DNA of 64,000 nucleotides from the NCBI GenBank assembly GCA_965285935.1, contig OZ260662.1, forward strand, positions 64,790,001 through 64,854,000, in the 5' to 3' direction. A program made the translations under genes and the position numbers. The DNA is from Ophelia neglecta. Its lineage: Eukaryota. Below the pieces are notes generated by a model. That model was not told the DNA's origin and did no database searches. It saw only the letters and a list, made by a program, of their open reading frames with translations. Positions 11,967 through 23,900 of this stretch are shown piece after piece. Numbering within the stretch: the first letter of the stretch is position 1; every line of letters begins with the position of its first letter.

Positions 11967-14900
11967 ACCGTCATATGACTGCTAAGCACATAGCTATTAC
12001 TGAAACTAGTCAGAGACAAATATAGTATAAATGAATCTAATTTAGGATATGTAGACGGGTTCACAAAGGCACCCCTAAATGGTATTGATATAATATGTGG
12101 TCCTTTATGACGTGTCATGTCCAGAGAGGCTTCTTGGAGAACCAAGAACCCGGTCATTAAGATATTAATCCGAGGAGAACTAAGGCGCCAGCAAGATAAC
12201 CTTAAAGACTCATTGGTTCAGGCAGACAACAAAACGGAAACAACTTTAACGAAGGGGGTGTCATGCCGCACTGTTTACATACACTCACACCCCTCATTTA
12301 GGGATAACGTTTTAATCACCCATAATTAACAATGATAATTAATGGGCAGTAATGCAAACAGTGAATGGAAGTGCCACATAAATCCTTCAGGATAAATATC
12401 GGATTAGATACTGTAGACAGAGGGGAAGGTCACAATAAGAACTCACTTCAACATGGCGCCTTGTCTATTGCAATTCTTTTAAATGTCTTGGTCGGTTTCT
12501 AACTGAGATTTGCACGCATCATGACGAACGTGCTGCTGCATTAGCGGCAGACATCAGAAACGGACAATTCGCATATTTTACAACGATCGCGAGATTACCC
12601 TAAGATACTGTCAACAAATTATTATTCATCTTCATGGTTCAGCACTTGGAAGTGGGTATTTCCCTTAAAGATGACCATTTAGATTACTATTAGTCCCGGC
12701 TTCAAAGTTTCGGCAAACGGGGGCAAACAAAATACCACTGGTTACCTGTGTTTAGAATTAGAGGCCTCCCTGGGTCTCGCCCTGGGTCAGACAATCTGAA
12801 GATAGATGGCTAGGGTGATAAGAGGTGTGAGATAGTAATCTTGTCAGTAAACCTGAACGTGACAAACGCCCGTCAAGCTGGGTGTCAGGGAGTGTGCTGG
12901 TCACTTCCTGGCTACCACGGGCAACAGCAGACGACAACGGAGATTCGCGGGCATGTCGAGTGTATCTGCCTGGGTTCGAGTGTGGGTTCCAGACCCAGCG
13001 GCACCGAGCCTGGCACGAGTGACCCACGGTCGGGGAACGCCAGCACAGTAAAGGCAGTGCACTCAGCAATCGCTAGGGCAAGAAGCACCGACTTTTTCAG
13101 AAATAAACCTGAGAAGCCTTTCGCAAATAAGTAGCAAGAATGTTGACGGTAACAAATGGGCAAATTTGAAAGTCCAACATGCTTACAATGATAAATATAT
13201 TCTCAAGGTAAAATCAAGTTTATATAACGACTTCTTGTTAGAATAGTATATTCATGAATAAACTAATTTATAGCTGAGCTTTGAAAACTGAACTATTTTG
13301 TTGCATGGCCTGTTAATCGTGAAGCTTTTTGAACAAAAGACAACACCCGAAGACATACTTCACTTTCTAACGTTACTGTGTTGAAATTCTGCCCTCGGCA
13401 ACAAGTGTTCTTTTTGCACATGTCGCTGCACTGACACGGTGCTCTTTTCAAACGGCCAGTGGTAGACCAATATTTGCCAGAGAATGGAGAACATTATCTT
13501 TTTGTCCGGCAGGGCCAAATTTCAGGAGTCACCTTTCAGACCATAGAGGGGCGCCTTAAAGGCTTAGTGGTCACCGTTGTTAAGGCACGTTTCGAACTGC
13601 CACCAGAGACGCAAGGAGTGTCTTGCAGGGGCAGACGGATAAATGTCAGTCGACGACAGGTAGATGATCAGATTATCAGATAACAACAATAATAACACGG
13701 ATGATAGCTCCCCCTTATCTATCACACAAGTGGGCTGAGGATGGCAGCGAGTGATAACAAGATAAAAGACTTAAATCGGATAGGATTTACCTGCCAGGCC
13801 CTAGGACAATCGACGACAACTACTACCCAATGGCTGGACCACTACATAGTTCTAAATACCAAATTAGTGTCGTATGTTTAACAACCCTAGACATGTCATC
13901 CTATTTCTAAATGCTCCTTTTGCTTAGCAACTGTTCTGACATATTCCCTTCTTTTATAATAAAGGCCGACGATCCCCAATATATGTATACAAGACCGACA
14001 ATGGCCTTGCTACAGGGGTGTAACGAACATTTGAAAAACTAAATGGATATGATTTGTGTAAAAATTGTCTAATCAAGACAAAGCCTTGTTGTTTTCATTC
14101 CTTCTGGCCATAAATAGACAATTATAACCAATTATGATCAAAGATAAAGAGGAAAGTACATAGCAAAGAACTGCCGTAACCCCTTGCGGCCCTAGATAAA
14201 TTATGGCTTTCAGGCCGCGCCTCCCCACTTAGCGAATACATTAGCAACGACCACACTGAACAAATTATGCCTATGAATGCATTGCAGACAAATCATATTA
14301 CATTAATACTTGAGCTCTATTACAATATTTTCACCGCTTTGTCGGCAGCGTTCACAACGTGCGGTGTTCCGTGCTCAAATTTCGAAGATCGTCTTGAGAG
14401 TCTGTTCAAAATACAAAGGATGATTCTCATCTAGGGCGGTCGCCTTTGTCTGCGCATGACCATATCGTGTCCGTTACCTGTCGCTCTCCTTCAAGCAACC
14501 AGTAATATCAGTTAATTTTCATATTTGTCCTTTCATGCCATAGAATTGTGCTTCCTGCTTGTGTTGTTTGCCAAGGCACCTGTATGGGCTCGATCAGACT
14601 CGGTCAATACCACACCTGTTGAGCAGGGAGCTTTTAATATAGCGGTCAGTGCTAATCAAATCAACGGGACATTACCAAGCAGACGATGACAGTGCCTCAT
14701 GCTCATCCGCCATTGTTTGTCTTCATTAATATGGTCATAGAGAACATGATTTTAGAAATAGGACGCTGTGTCTCCGACGGTTTGTTGACAGGGGGTATTG
14801 AAGAGGCTGGCAGACTAGCTTTGATCGGGGCTGTTCCTTTCCCGCCGATGTATAGACAGTCACGTAGCATATATACAAACGACAAAACCGACTTGTTAGG

Positions 14901-17129
14901 GATGCGCTTCAAACCTATAGTGGAGCAACCGTCAAACCCTTCAACCGACAAACATGTTACCACCTCACCAACAACGTTCCCTTTGTGTGCGCCACGTTGA
15001 GATTTATAATAAGATACTCATGCATAGATGTAACTCTAGAAGGTTTTCGCAGATAGTGTTTTCTTGTTAAAGTCAAGATTTGCACGGGTTTGGGATGATG
15101 TGAATATGTTATTCGCTCATTTATTTTAAGCATGTCACTAGGTTCAAGGCAAATCTAAATTATAGCATACCGAAAGCAGGCTTAATTAGCCCCAAGTAAA
15201 CATAACATTTTCGTCATTAATATGAATGCAACCTTAAGTGTCTTGCCTAGCCTCCTGTTGGAAAGCTTTGTGAGAAATTTATAATTGGATGCCTTAAAAA
15301 CAGTTGGGTGTCATTCGATACTCATCAAGTTTGGCGACTTGAGAATGGACCAGGTTTGTCTGAGGAAAATGACTGATTAATTTATCAAAAAGAGTTGCTG
15401 TTACATGATATGTAACTATGCCAATTATGTAAAAGAAAATATCACCATCCCGGAGAAAAAATACATAGGTATGAGAGTTAACCTTACGGACTTAAACATA
15501 TTGTTTTTACCTATGTATCTATCCAAATGACTTACCTGCTGCAGGAACCAAAAATCAATTATAGGGGAGGGCATTCAACGTAATCGCCACATCAACTTGG
15601 CCATCGAGGAACGCAAGGTCAAGGTCAGATAACGTAATGCCCTAATTGGGAATTTCTGTAACAGAATATCGTCCAAAAATAACTGCCGTTGTCAAATATG
15701 CCCAGTTAAAGTTATTTAAATAAACAGTAGGCTATATTCAGAACAGGGCAAAAGATTGGATATGTTATCGATGATTTTCAGATTTTCTATAGTTAGAATA
15801 CTCCGACTTCCTTCTATTTTGTCCTCATTTATCTGCGCCTTCTGTAAACAAGACCCCCCTGAGGGCTTTGGACACCTCTAACAAGAGGCTACCCGAAGAT
15901 TAGGAAACGTTTGACGCCCCTTGCATTCCGCTGGCTTTATAGAAAACCGAAAAAGTGGTGGTCAGAAGAAATTTTTCAGCCCTCACACCTGTGTCCAAGT
16001 AAACGAGACCTAAGGTCAACTTCATTATTTTCTTCACAAATTTCGGAAATTGAATGAGGGTATTTGAAGTTTCCTTCTTCTCAAAGTCCGACAAAGGCTT
16101 GCTGAAGATGAGGGGTGTTTTGTACGGGTTTTGTGTGTCTATTGTAGACATTGTCATGGTGTGACAGTATGTTACGGAGGGGGTTGGTTTATTACCAAGT
16201 CTTATCCCTTTCATCGCCCAGGGGTCGGGACCCGTCCTTCAGTCGGCCACTGGCCACGACAGACGAAATCCTCACCGGGGGGTCTTCAACGTCTCCCAAA
16301 CGACATTACAAAGCCACCATAATAATTAATAACTTTACACGGCCATTGCTAAGCTTTTGCTAGGTCAGTTTGGGAGGTTTGACTGGCCGTTTTGTCCGGG
16401 GATGGTGATTGAGAGTGACGGGGGTTGGGTGACCTCTGTGGCCTGGTCTATGGGCCATTGCCCCGTGACAATCGCCGACAAAGGCTCGGGTGCGAGGAAA
16501 CAGGCCCGCTACTGACGCCCTTAATGTATGACCAGGCTCTAACATATGGTCAGGTGAGCAACATGTCTGGACGCCATTGTAAAAGTCAAGTTCCCATGAC
16601 CGTTAAAGAAATCCATGAGTTAGAAAACAAGCCGAAAGCAACCATTGCTTCGAGAACCTTTGACCTCGAGGGCATACGACAACGCCGGTCTCTTTGAATA
16701 AGACACCCTGACCAAACAGCGGGAAAAATGATCAGTCAAGGCGGACAAGGCATGAAACAGACAAAAAACATACCTCAAGGAATAGGTAACTGGGTTAGGC
16801 GAAAGTCAAACAACATGTAAGAAACATATATCAGCATAAGTGAAAGAGTAAAATGATACCCAAGTATATGCCTTAAGGCCATATGTGCATATACATAAAT
16901 TTATAATTATATTAAGCCTATAGGCCTGCGTAGGACCACGAATAGAAAAAGTTTTATCCGCTCAGTGTACTTTTGAAACAAGTAGAGTTTTATGTTCCGC
17001 ATAGGCCTAGGCCTACATTACAAGTTAAGGCATGACTGCGATATCGTATATTCTCCAATGCGGTTAACAGCTATAGGCCTTCATTCAAGTTACCTTGAAC
17101 TGATCAGCAAATATTTATTGTGTGTTCAA

Positions 17130-17871
17130 TGCGGCTGATTGGCGATGGGACAAGTTCGAGCCGATACGAGCCGAGCGATTATCAAATGCAGGTATTTATC
17201 GGTTCGAGATTTCATTGGCTCTTAGCTTGTGCAAGGCAATTATGGCATAGACTGAACCCGCGCTTGTTATATAGCGGCTTTGCCTCTTCAAAACCACCAT
17301 AAACTTCCTATACCTTGTACCCGTATACCTATATCATTCTTACATATCAGTATATATAGATTATTTGTTAGTGTAGGGCGCGTTGAATGGCAAGCTTCCA
17401 AGCCACGACACATTCGAGGCACACTCCCCGCCACCGCTGTACTGTGCTCGCCACGGTCGGCGGTTTTCCCACACTCCCGCTGACCTGCAGGGACCGTCCT
17501 CAGTGGCGCTGAGCACGGACGCCATTCAAACCAAACATTCCCACAACGGACCACAACGCAAATTGTTCAGCGGACAATCACAAGGTGACGTCAATATCAC
17601 TGTTACCCGGCCTTGATTTCTTGCTGTTCAAAACAAGCTCTCCTTAGAGGAAGGACAGCCGTTTAGTGACATCCAAAAGAAATCACTGTTTTTCAATTTA
17701 TCTCTTGAACCAGAGGCCCACACACTTAAAGCGGAATCGTACATTTACCAGGATCCAGAAGTCAGCTGTGAGAGCCAATCTTACCCGAACTGGGATCCTA
17801 CCCGCAGATCATCAGTATATTGACTGATCGCTGACAGACCGATCTGTCAGATCACCAGCTCGGAACCCGAC
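17130..17871 (+). promoter_or_regulatory. HES-A promoter and long 5' leader
   Basis: ATTGG boxes near 17138 and 17214; TATA-like TATATAG 17268 and TATATATA 17351; CSL sites TTCCCACA 17466 and 17538; N-box CACAAG 17579 next to a perfect CRE TGACGTCA 17586; no ATG between 17390 and 17871. The TSS is not determinable. Confidence 0.55.
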
Positions 17872-17931
17872 ATGGATGATAGTGTCAGCGGAACCCTGAA
17901 GAAGGAGAAGTCGGCTGCAGAGATCCGTAAG
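17872..17931 (+). CDS. HES-A coding exon 1 (MDDSVSGTLKKEKSAAEIRK)
   Basis: gacATGG context; ends AAG|gtaggt donor at the conserved RK| position in the basic region. Confidence 0.88.
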
Positions 17932-20900
17932 GTAGGTGAACACGACAGATGCTATCGTTATTATTAGCAGTGATTTCAACAGCGCCCATGCTGGGTCGAG
18001 CAACAGGTTGAACCAACAGGTGGAAACATGAGATGATTTTATTGACTTGTACAACACCGGGCCACCAATATAATGACATTTTATGCTACAAAACACCCGA
18101 CACCTTTCATCTAAAAAAGGGGTGTGAAAACATGCATCATGGCAATGGATCTATCACAGTTTGCTTGCATTTATCTTGGAGGCATTTAAATGCTGCCAGG
18201 TGGTTAGCCAGACCATATGGAAGTCGGGCCGTCACAGGTGCTTCCCCGGACCTCTGCACCTCACTGCACCTGGTGGACGACCTTAAAGGCTTAAGCAAAA
18301 CATCAGACGAGGGACATGAATAGACCTTTGATGCCTGTTGATGGCAGAGATTTAAAGAGAAGCCCCATATTTAATACATTACAAGAAGAATTCATGCAAT
18401 TGATTCCTCCATCACATGACAGATTCAACGGAATCTGTACAAGCCTTTTGTTTGTACCGGAAAGGCAATATTCGGCCTTTTTATGGACATTAGGAGGCCC
18501 TTGTGAGAGCCCTTGAGGCATTTTAGCACCATCCATTGTACTTATTACAGATTCATCCTTTCACTTGTTCCTAGCTTATGTGGTTTTCGGTGGCAATTTT
18601 CGACTTAGATGTATAATTTACATTGACTCAGCTCAGTTCAAATACCTGTCACGACCAATAGGAGTTTGGATCCTAGTCCTCCCACAGTCAACCGTTGGGC
18701 TGTTTCCAACACGCACGGCGCTGTCAAACTGCGGCGAGGAAACTTTTTGATATAGCTTTGTTTGTCATCAAACAAAACTGTCAGCGCTAGGGTTTGGTGT
18801 AATAACCTGAGTATATGTCTGGCCTGCACGACTTCTCTAGTTGCCATTATGTAAAGGGGACGCTAGACAAAGCACCCCTTGTCTCTAACACGATATGACA
18901 GGTCACAATTAGAATGCATTTATCAGACTTTGATTTCAGCATTATATAGTTTGTGTGGCGCCGAGACACTATCCCAATGCTTGTTATTTTCATAAGAAAA
19001 TTGAATGCCAAATTCTTTCTCGTCTCTCTAATGAAGTTACACAGTAAAATGCCCAAACATAAAGTCAATTTGACGTTCCAACAACATCAACAAATGAACA
19101 CTTCAAAGTGCAACTGGGATGCCACCATTTTCAAATTCCCTGTTTGAATACGACGAACTCCCCTGACGGTCTTAATGCAATTATTTACAACCCATCCTCA
19201 TTAAATGCAATACACTTCTGGGAGTTTGTTAAAAGCTTCGGTCCATTAATAGAACCTTAAATCAGGATAATTGACAATGTTTTGTACTCCATTCCCCCTG
19301 TGAATCAATCATATTGTAACCTGTATCACGATGGCCGACTGGAGCCAGTAGTGACTGAAACAGATTTTTCACTTCTTGGAGATTGCGAAATATATCAACT
19401 TTGACCTTAGATATTGTACGTAAAGATATAGAAGATAATAGAAGTAATATAATTAACTAAACTGCCGTTGTTTGTTGAAAAAAAGTCAAAGGCAACAACA
19501 ACGTAAGCAATGATGTAGGCCTTTCTCTATTTTACCTTTTCTTTTTAAGTTAAGCCTATTATCATTATTAAATATATAAATCACGCCTATGCTTTCGTCC
19601 TTCCAGTCCAACAAACCATTGATGGAAAAAAGGCGTCGAGAGCGGATCAACAATTGCTTAGACCAACTCAAGTCCATTCTGATGGAAGTCACCAAAAAGG
19701 AGGTAAATTGAGCAAATATTGATATAATGGGGGAATAAAGGGATTCTTCAACGGTCAAGTAAACTGGGTGTGTAGTTTCAGGGCTAATGACCAGGGGCTA
19801 GAAGGCCAGACATTGTTGGCAAGTTTACCGTTCAGTTTGCGACATGGTGGTCTTCACATACTAGAAGGCTAAGTCCTTCTTGACTTTGGGCTATTTTCTC
19901 TGCCCACCAGAGCTAATGTATGTGGGCACATTGACAAATTTGCTAACTACATTTCTGTAGTTAGGAAAGTAGGGCTGAACACACAGTAGGCGGCGTTGTG
20001 AAGAGATGGGAAGGGTGGAAAATAAATATTCAATGAAAAGAGGGAGGTGGTGGTCAGGAGGTTATTGAGATGCTGGTCTTATTATCCACTGTGATCCCAT
20101 GTCGGGATCCCATAAAACCCACCGACATTAAATGGTCAAACGGTGTGACACAATTCACCACTGATTTAGCGAGCCTCCGTTGAGGCTGTAAATTAAAATA
20201 TCCTATTTCCTTTGTGGCCAATTCAATGGGTTAGTATCATCTCAAAGGTATTCCCATCCCTTTCATAGAATTTAATTGGCTTCATAATTAGACCATTTGT
20301 CATTCCATCTTCTTTTTCCACATTCAAATTGCCTTATCTTTAAAGTTGAATCTATTATAGAGTCCACGGCGGTGTCATTGCATACTTTTTATCTTGTCAT
20401 CGGTTAAGATTTATTAGAATTTCTTCAATAATATATACTAAATGTAAGATGTGCTATCGACTACGTAGATGATTTAGTGATGTGCGGTGTGGGGTCGGTG
20501 GACCGAGAGAGAAGGGCAATTATAACCGTGAACCCCCTTCCTCCACCTCCTTCCATTTTATTTATCAACGATCTCCTCCAGTTACAAAGTTACACTGAAC
20601 TCACCAGCCGAAGTGAAAAAAACAAAGTTTCTCACTTAGGACCTTCTTACAGGCCCACACCCTATGTAAGACCTAATCATCACCTCTTTGTTGGACACAT
20701 AAAGTATGTGTTTTAGATCAATCCAACCAAGAAGGTTTCTACAGCAATTGTTATCCCTCTCACACCTATAGAGCCCACGTTACAATACTTCCTATCTTGA
20801 GATGACGTGTAGTATTTCCTCTTCGCCTGCGTGCCGCACATGCATTATACAGAGACGGGTTTTCCACTGATGAGATCACCATATACTAAAAAACGTCCAC

Positions 20901-23900
20901 TCCCAGCATAAGGAAAACACATTTGTGGTTTGCTTTATGCACGTTCCATAGCCACAAATACCACGGCGCACTCTAGCATTTAATTTCTTACACTATTGGC
21001 CAACTCTAGCGTAGGGCAACGTTAAGCACAATTTATCCCAAATCCTTCTTTTTTAAAGTTGCTCCAATTAAACCCATGCATGCCAACATTTGTTCATACA
21101 GATCTGTTGTGCCTTACCCCGCACCCAGACGACAACCAAGTCACGTTTACTTCTCATTTAAAGATCCCTCGCTATATCCATTCTTTAACGTAACTCTGAG
21201 CCAGGTAGTTGTGTGTTTAACGACCGTAATGATGGATCTACTTCTTTTGGCTGTATTTTGATGATCCCTCACATTATGCCAGGGGCAAAGTCATCTTTAA
21301 GTCAGCTCTAAGTAATTCAATGGTGGATTCTGGCATTTTTACAAGCTGATGTTTGTTTCAGACTCAGTACTTAAGTGTTTTATTATCTGTAAATGGTGAA
21401 TATGTAATGCATAGCAGGACACCTCTGGAGTTCACTTGACGACGACTTATAGTAGAATGTGACAGGTCCCTGTTTGTCAATTGACCCTCTAAATCCCCAC
21501 TCTCTTAGTCTCTGTTACTGCTCTGAATGCTATGTAAAGTAGGCATTGTTTCAGCATATTGTTCCAGGGTTGAACCATCATCGCGCAATATTTTTACAAC
21601 AAATGGACACTTACAATGCTGGTTAAGTGGAAAAGGAAGGAAATATAAATCTACCATTTTGTGTTTGACAGGAAATTCTTTTGTCAACTTGTACATTGTT
21701 AGCTCCGACAGCACGTAATACTTGCAGTTCCCGTAGCGACATTCTTTTCTTAGCTGGTACTTTTATTCAAATAATGTCTGAACAAGAACCATATTCATTA
21801 CATGCACGCATATGTTATTACGCTTTTGACTCGAAGTCAGAGAGGACAATGGTCTGACCAGTTGTGAACAAGCCCTCTCCCTGGGATGTTTACGTCATGC
21901 CGCATTGGGTTGCGTCAAACGATTGATCATTGCGTCAGAGGGTGTCAACAAGCCCGATTAGGAAACTGCGCCCCAACGGCAAAGATCGGCGGTTAATATA
22001 CTCGCACGCTGTCAGAGAGCAGACGAGAGATGACTAGAGTACAATGACCGCACTGGAAAGTGGGCATAACCAGTCACGGGATCAAGTATGGCATGATTTA
22101 TAATCCCCGAATTCAAACCGTCCCCCACCTCTCACTGCTACAATTGTAGTTGATTTATATGCCTGGGAAAATACCCGGTTGCAAGTAGTTATTGTTGCTC
22201 ATGCATGCGCAATGCCCTCTCGTCGATACCTCGGCCTAGCCGATGTGAGGACCGGTCCGTCAAATTAGAGGGTCGGAACTGCCTCGTTAAATGTCTTTTA
22301 TTTTCACAAAACTCAATGGTTTGTGGTGCTTTGAAGCATATCTTGCATTAATGAATATATTCACGGGATATCCCCTTTTATATTGGCCCCACATTTATTC
22401 CGTGTGAACCACAATTGCATTGAGATTTCAAACCTCATTCCGTCTCAAATTGGATTTTAAATGGCTAGATTTGGTATTGTTCGGTTTTAATGAAATGCGC
22501 CACCACAAGGGAGCTAAAGATGTTCTTTTTACGACAAGGACATTCATTAGCGTCCAATTAAAGGCATCCCAACGCCATATCTTGTGTGTGGGAATTCTCA
22601 CGGAAAATCGGGCAAATATTCGAACCATATGGTTTTATCCTTCTTGAACGTTTTTGTCGAAGCGGGTGTTGGCTAGGCCTGAACGTACTGGGAAGTTATT
22701 GCACATGACCCAAGTAAATATCTATAATGAGATACTTGTTTGGCACGTAATTATGGACAAAATGGTATAGAAAATCACCCTGAACGATATATGTTTATTT
22801 AATAGGCCTACGGGCCTAAAGAGGAAATCAGATTTTGGGTCTATTCTGTGTGGTTTTCGGAGGTTTAAGAACGCACCGGGCATGAAGATCAGCAGCATCG
22901 CTGAAGCCAATGTTCAAGGCCTGGGAGAAAGATAGAAATGGCCCGAGGCTGCTGTTCTGGCAACTGTTTTTGTATTATAGCGCATTTAGGCAGTTACGTG
23001 GTTTGGGTGATATAACCAGAGATGTTCTTTGTTAAGACCCATAGCAGAATGTAACATTTGGTGCTAAGTAACTGTTAGCCGTGGGCTGCCGATATATTCC
23101 TCTTTCTCGCGCGCTATCTCTCTGTCTCGTCTGGCTGAGCAACCGAAGTGTTTCTATTGTTGCAAACCACGATCGCATACCGATGTACTCGGTCCAATGC
23201 TTCTCTCGCGAACTTGGAGAAGTTTCCCACGCTCCGAGCTTCTTTGATTTGTGTACTTTTTATTTTAAGATCTCCATTACTTTTAGTAAACATTGCTTTG
23301 AATGGTATGGTAAATAAAAGATTTCTCATTGTATTTTTGTCTGTAAGGGTGGTGTGATAAGTCCTGTTTAGAGTTTGCTGACGTACTTGGCCTGCTACAA
23401 AGACATGCAGGATGGTTGTGAAAGTGGCCAAGACCGTTCATTTCTAACTCAATAAACTACCGGGTAAAGAACTTTAGCGAAATCAAATTAAAATGTTAGA
23501 TTTGAAACGGTATTAACGGTGTCCTATCATGGCCCATGTACGATTGGGCCTGTTAAAATAAAGCTAGATAGTTACCTAACCTATTATATGGCATTGCGAG
23601 GTAGCTTTGAAAATTGATGACGCCAGTAATAATGGTGTAGCTTTACAGAACCACTTCAGTCTCAGGTACAATTCAGTCTACAGGTATTCAGCAAATTTGA
23701 TTAAAACTCAAGTGGCAAGGATTGGATGTTGCGTTTGCTACGTATGAGTGGTGAGAAACAGGTTTTCAAGTCCAAGGGAACGATTGTTGCCCTTGGAAGT
23801 AGCTGATTGATGGTATTATTAAGACTAAACACCTTGGCTAGCTCTTAGGGATTCATTCACCCACACCAATGGTTTCAAATTGGACCATTAAACAATGATG

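Noticed and set aside
23205-23231. GAACTTGGAGAAGTTTCCCACG resembles the second half of the vertebrate HES1 paired site
   Set aside because: No partner CSL site 15-17 bp upstream; counted only as a single site
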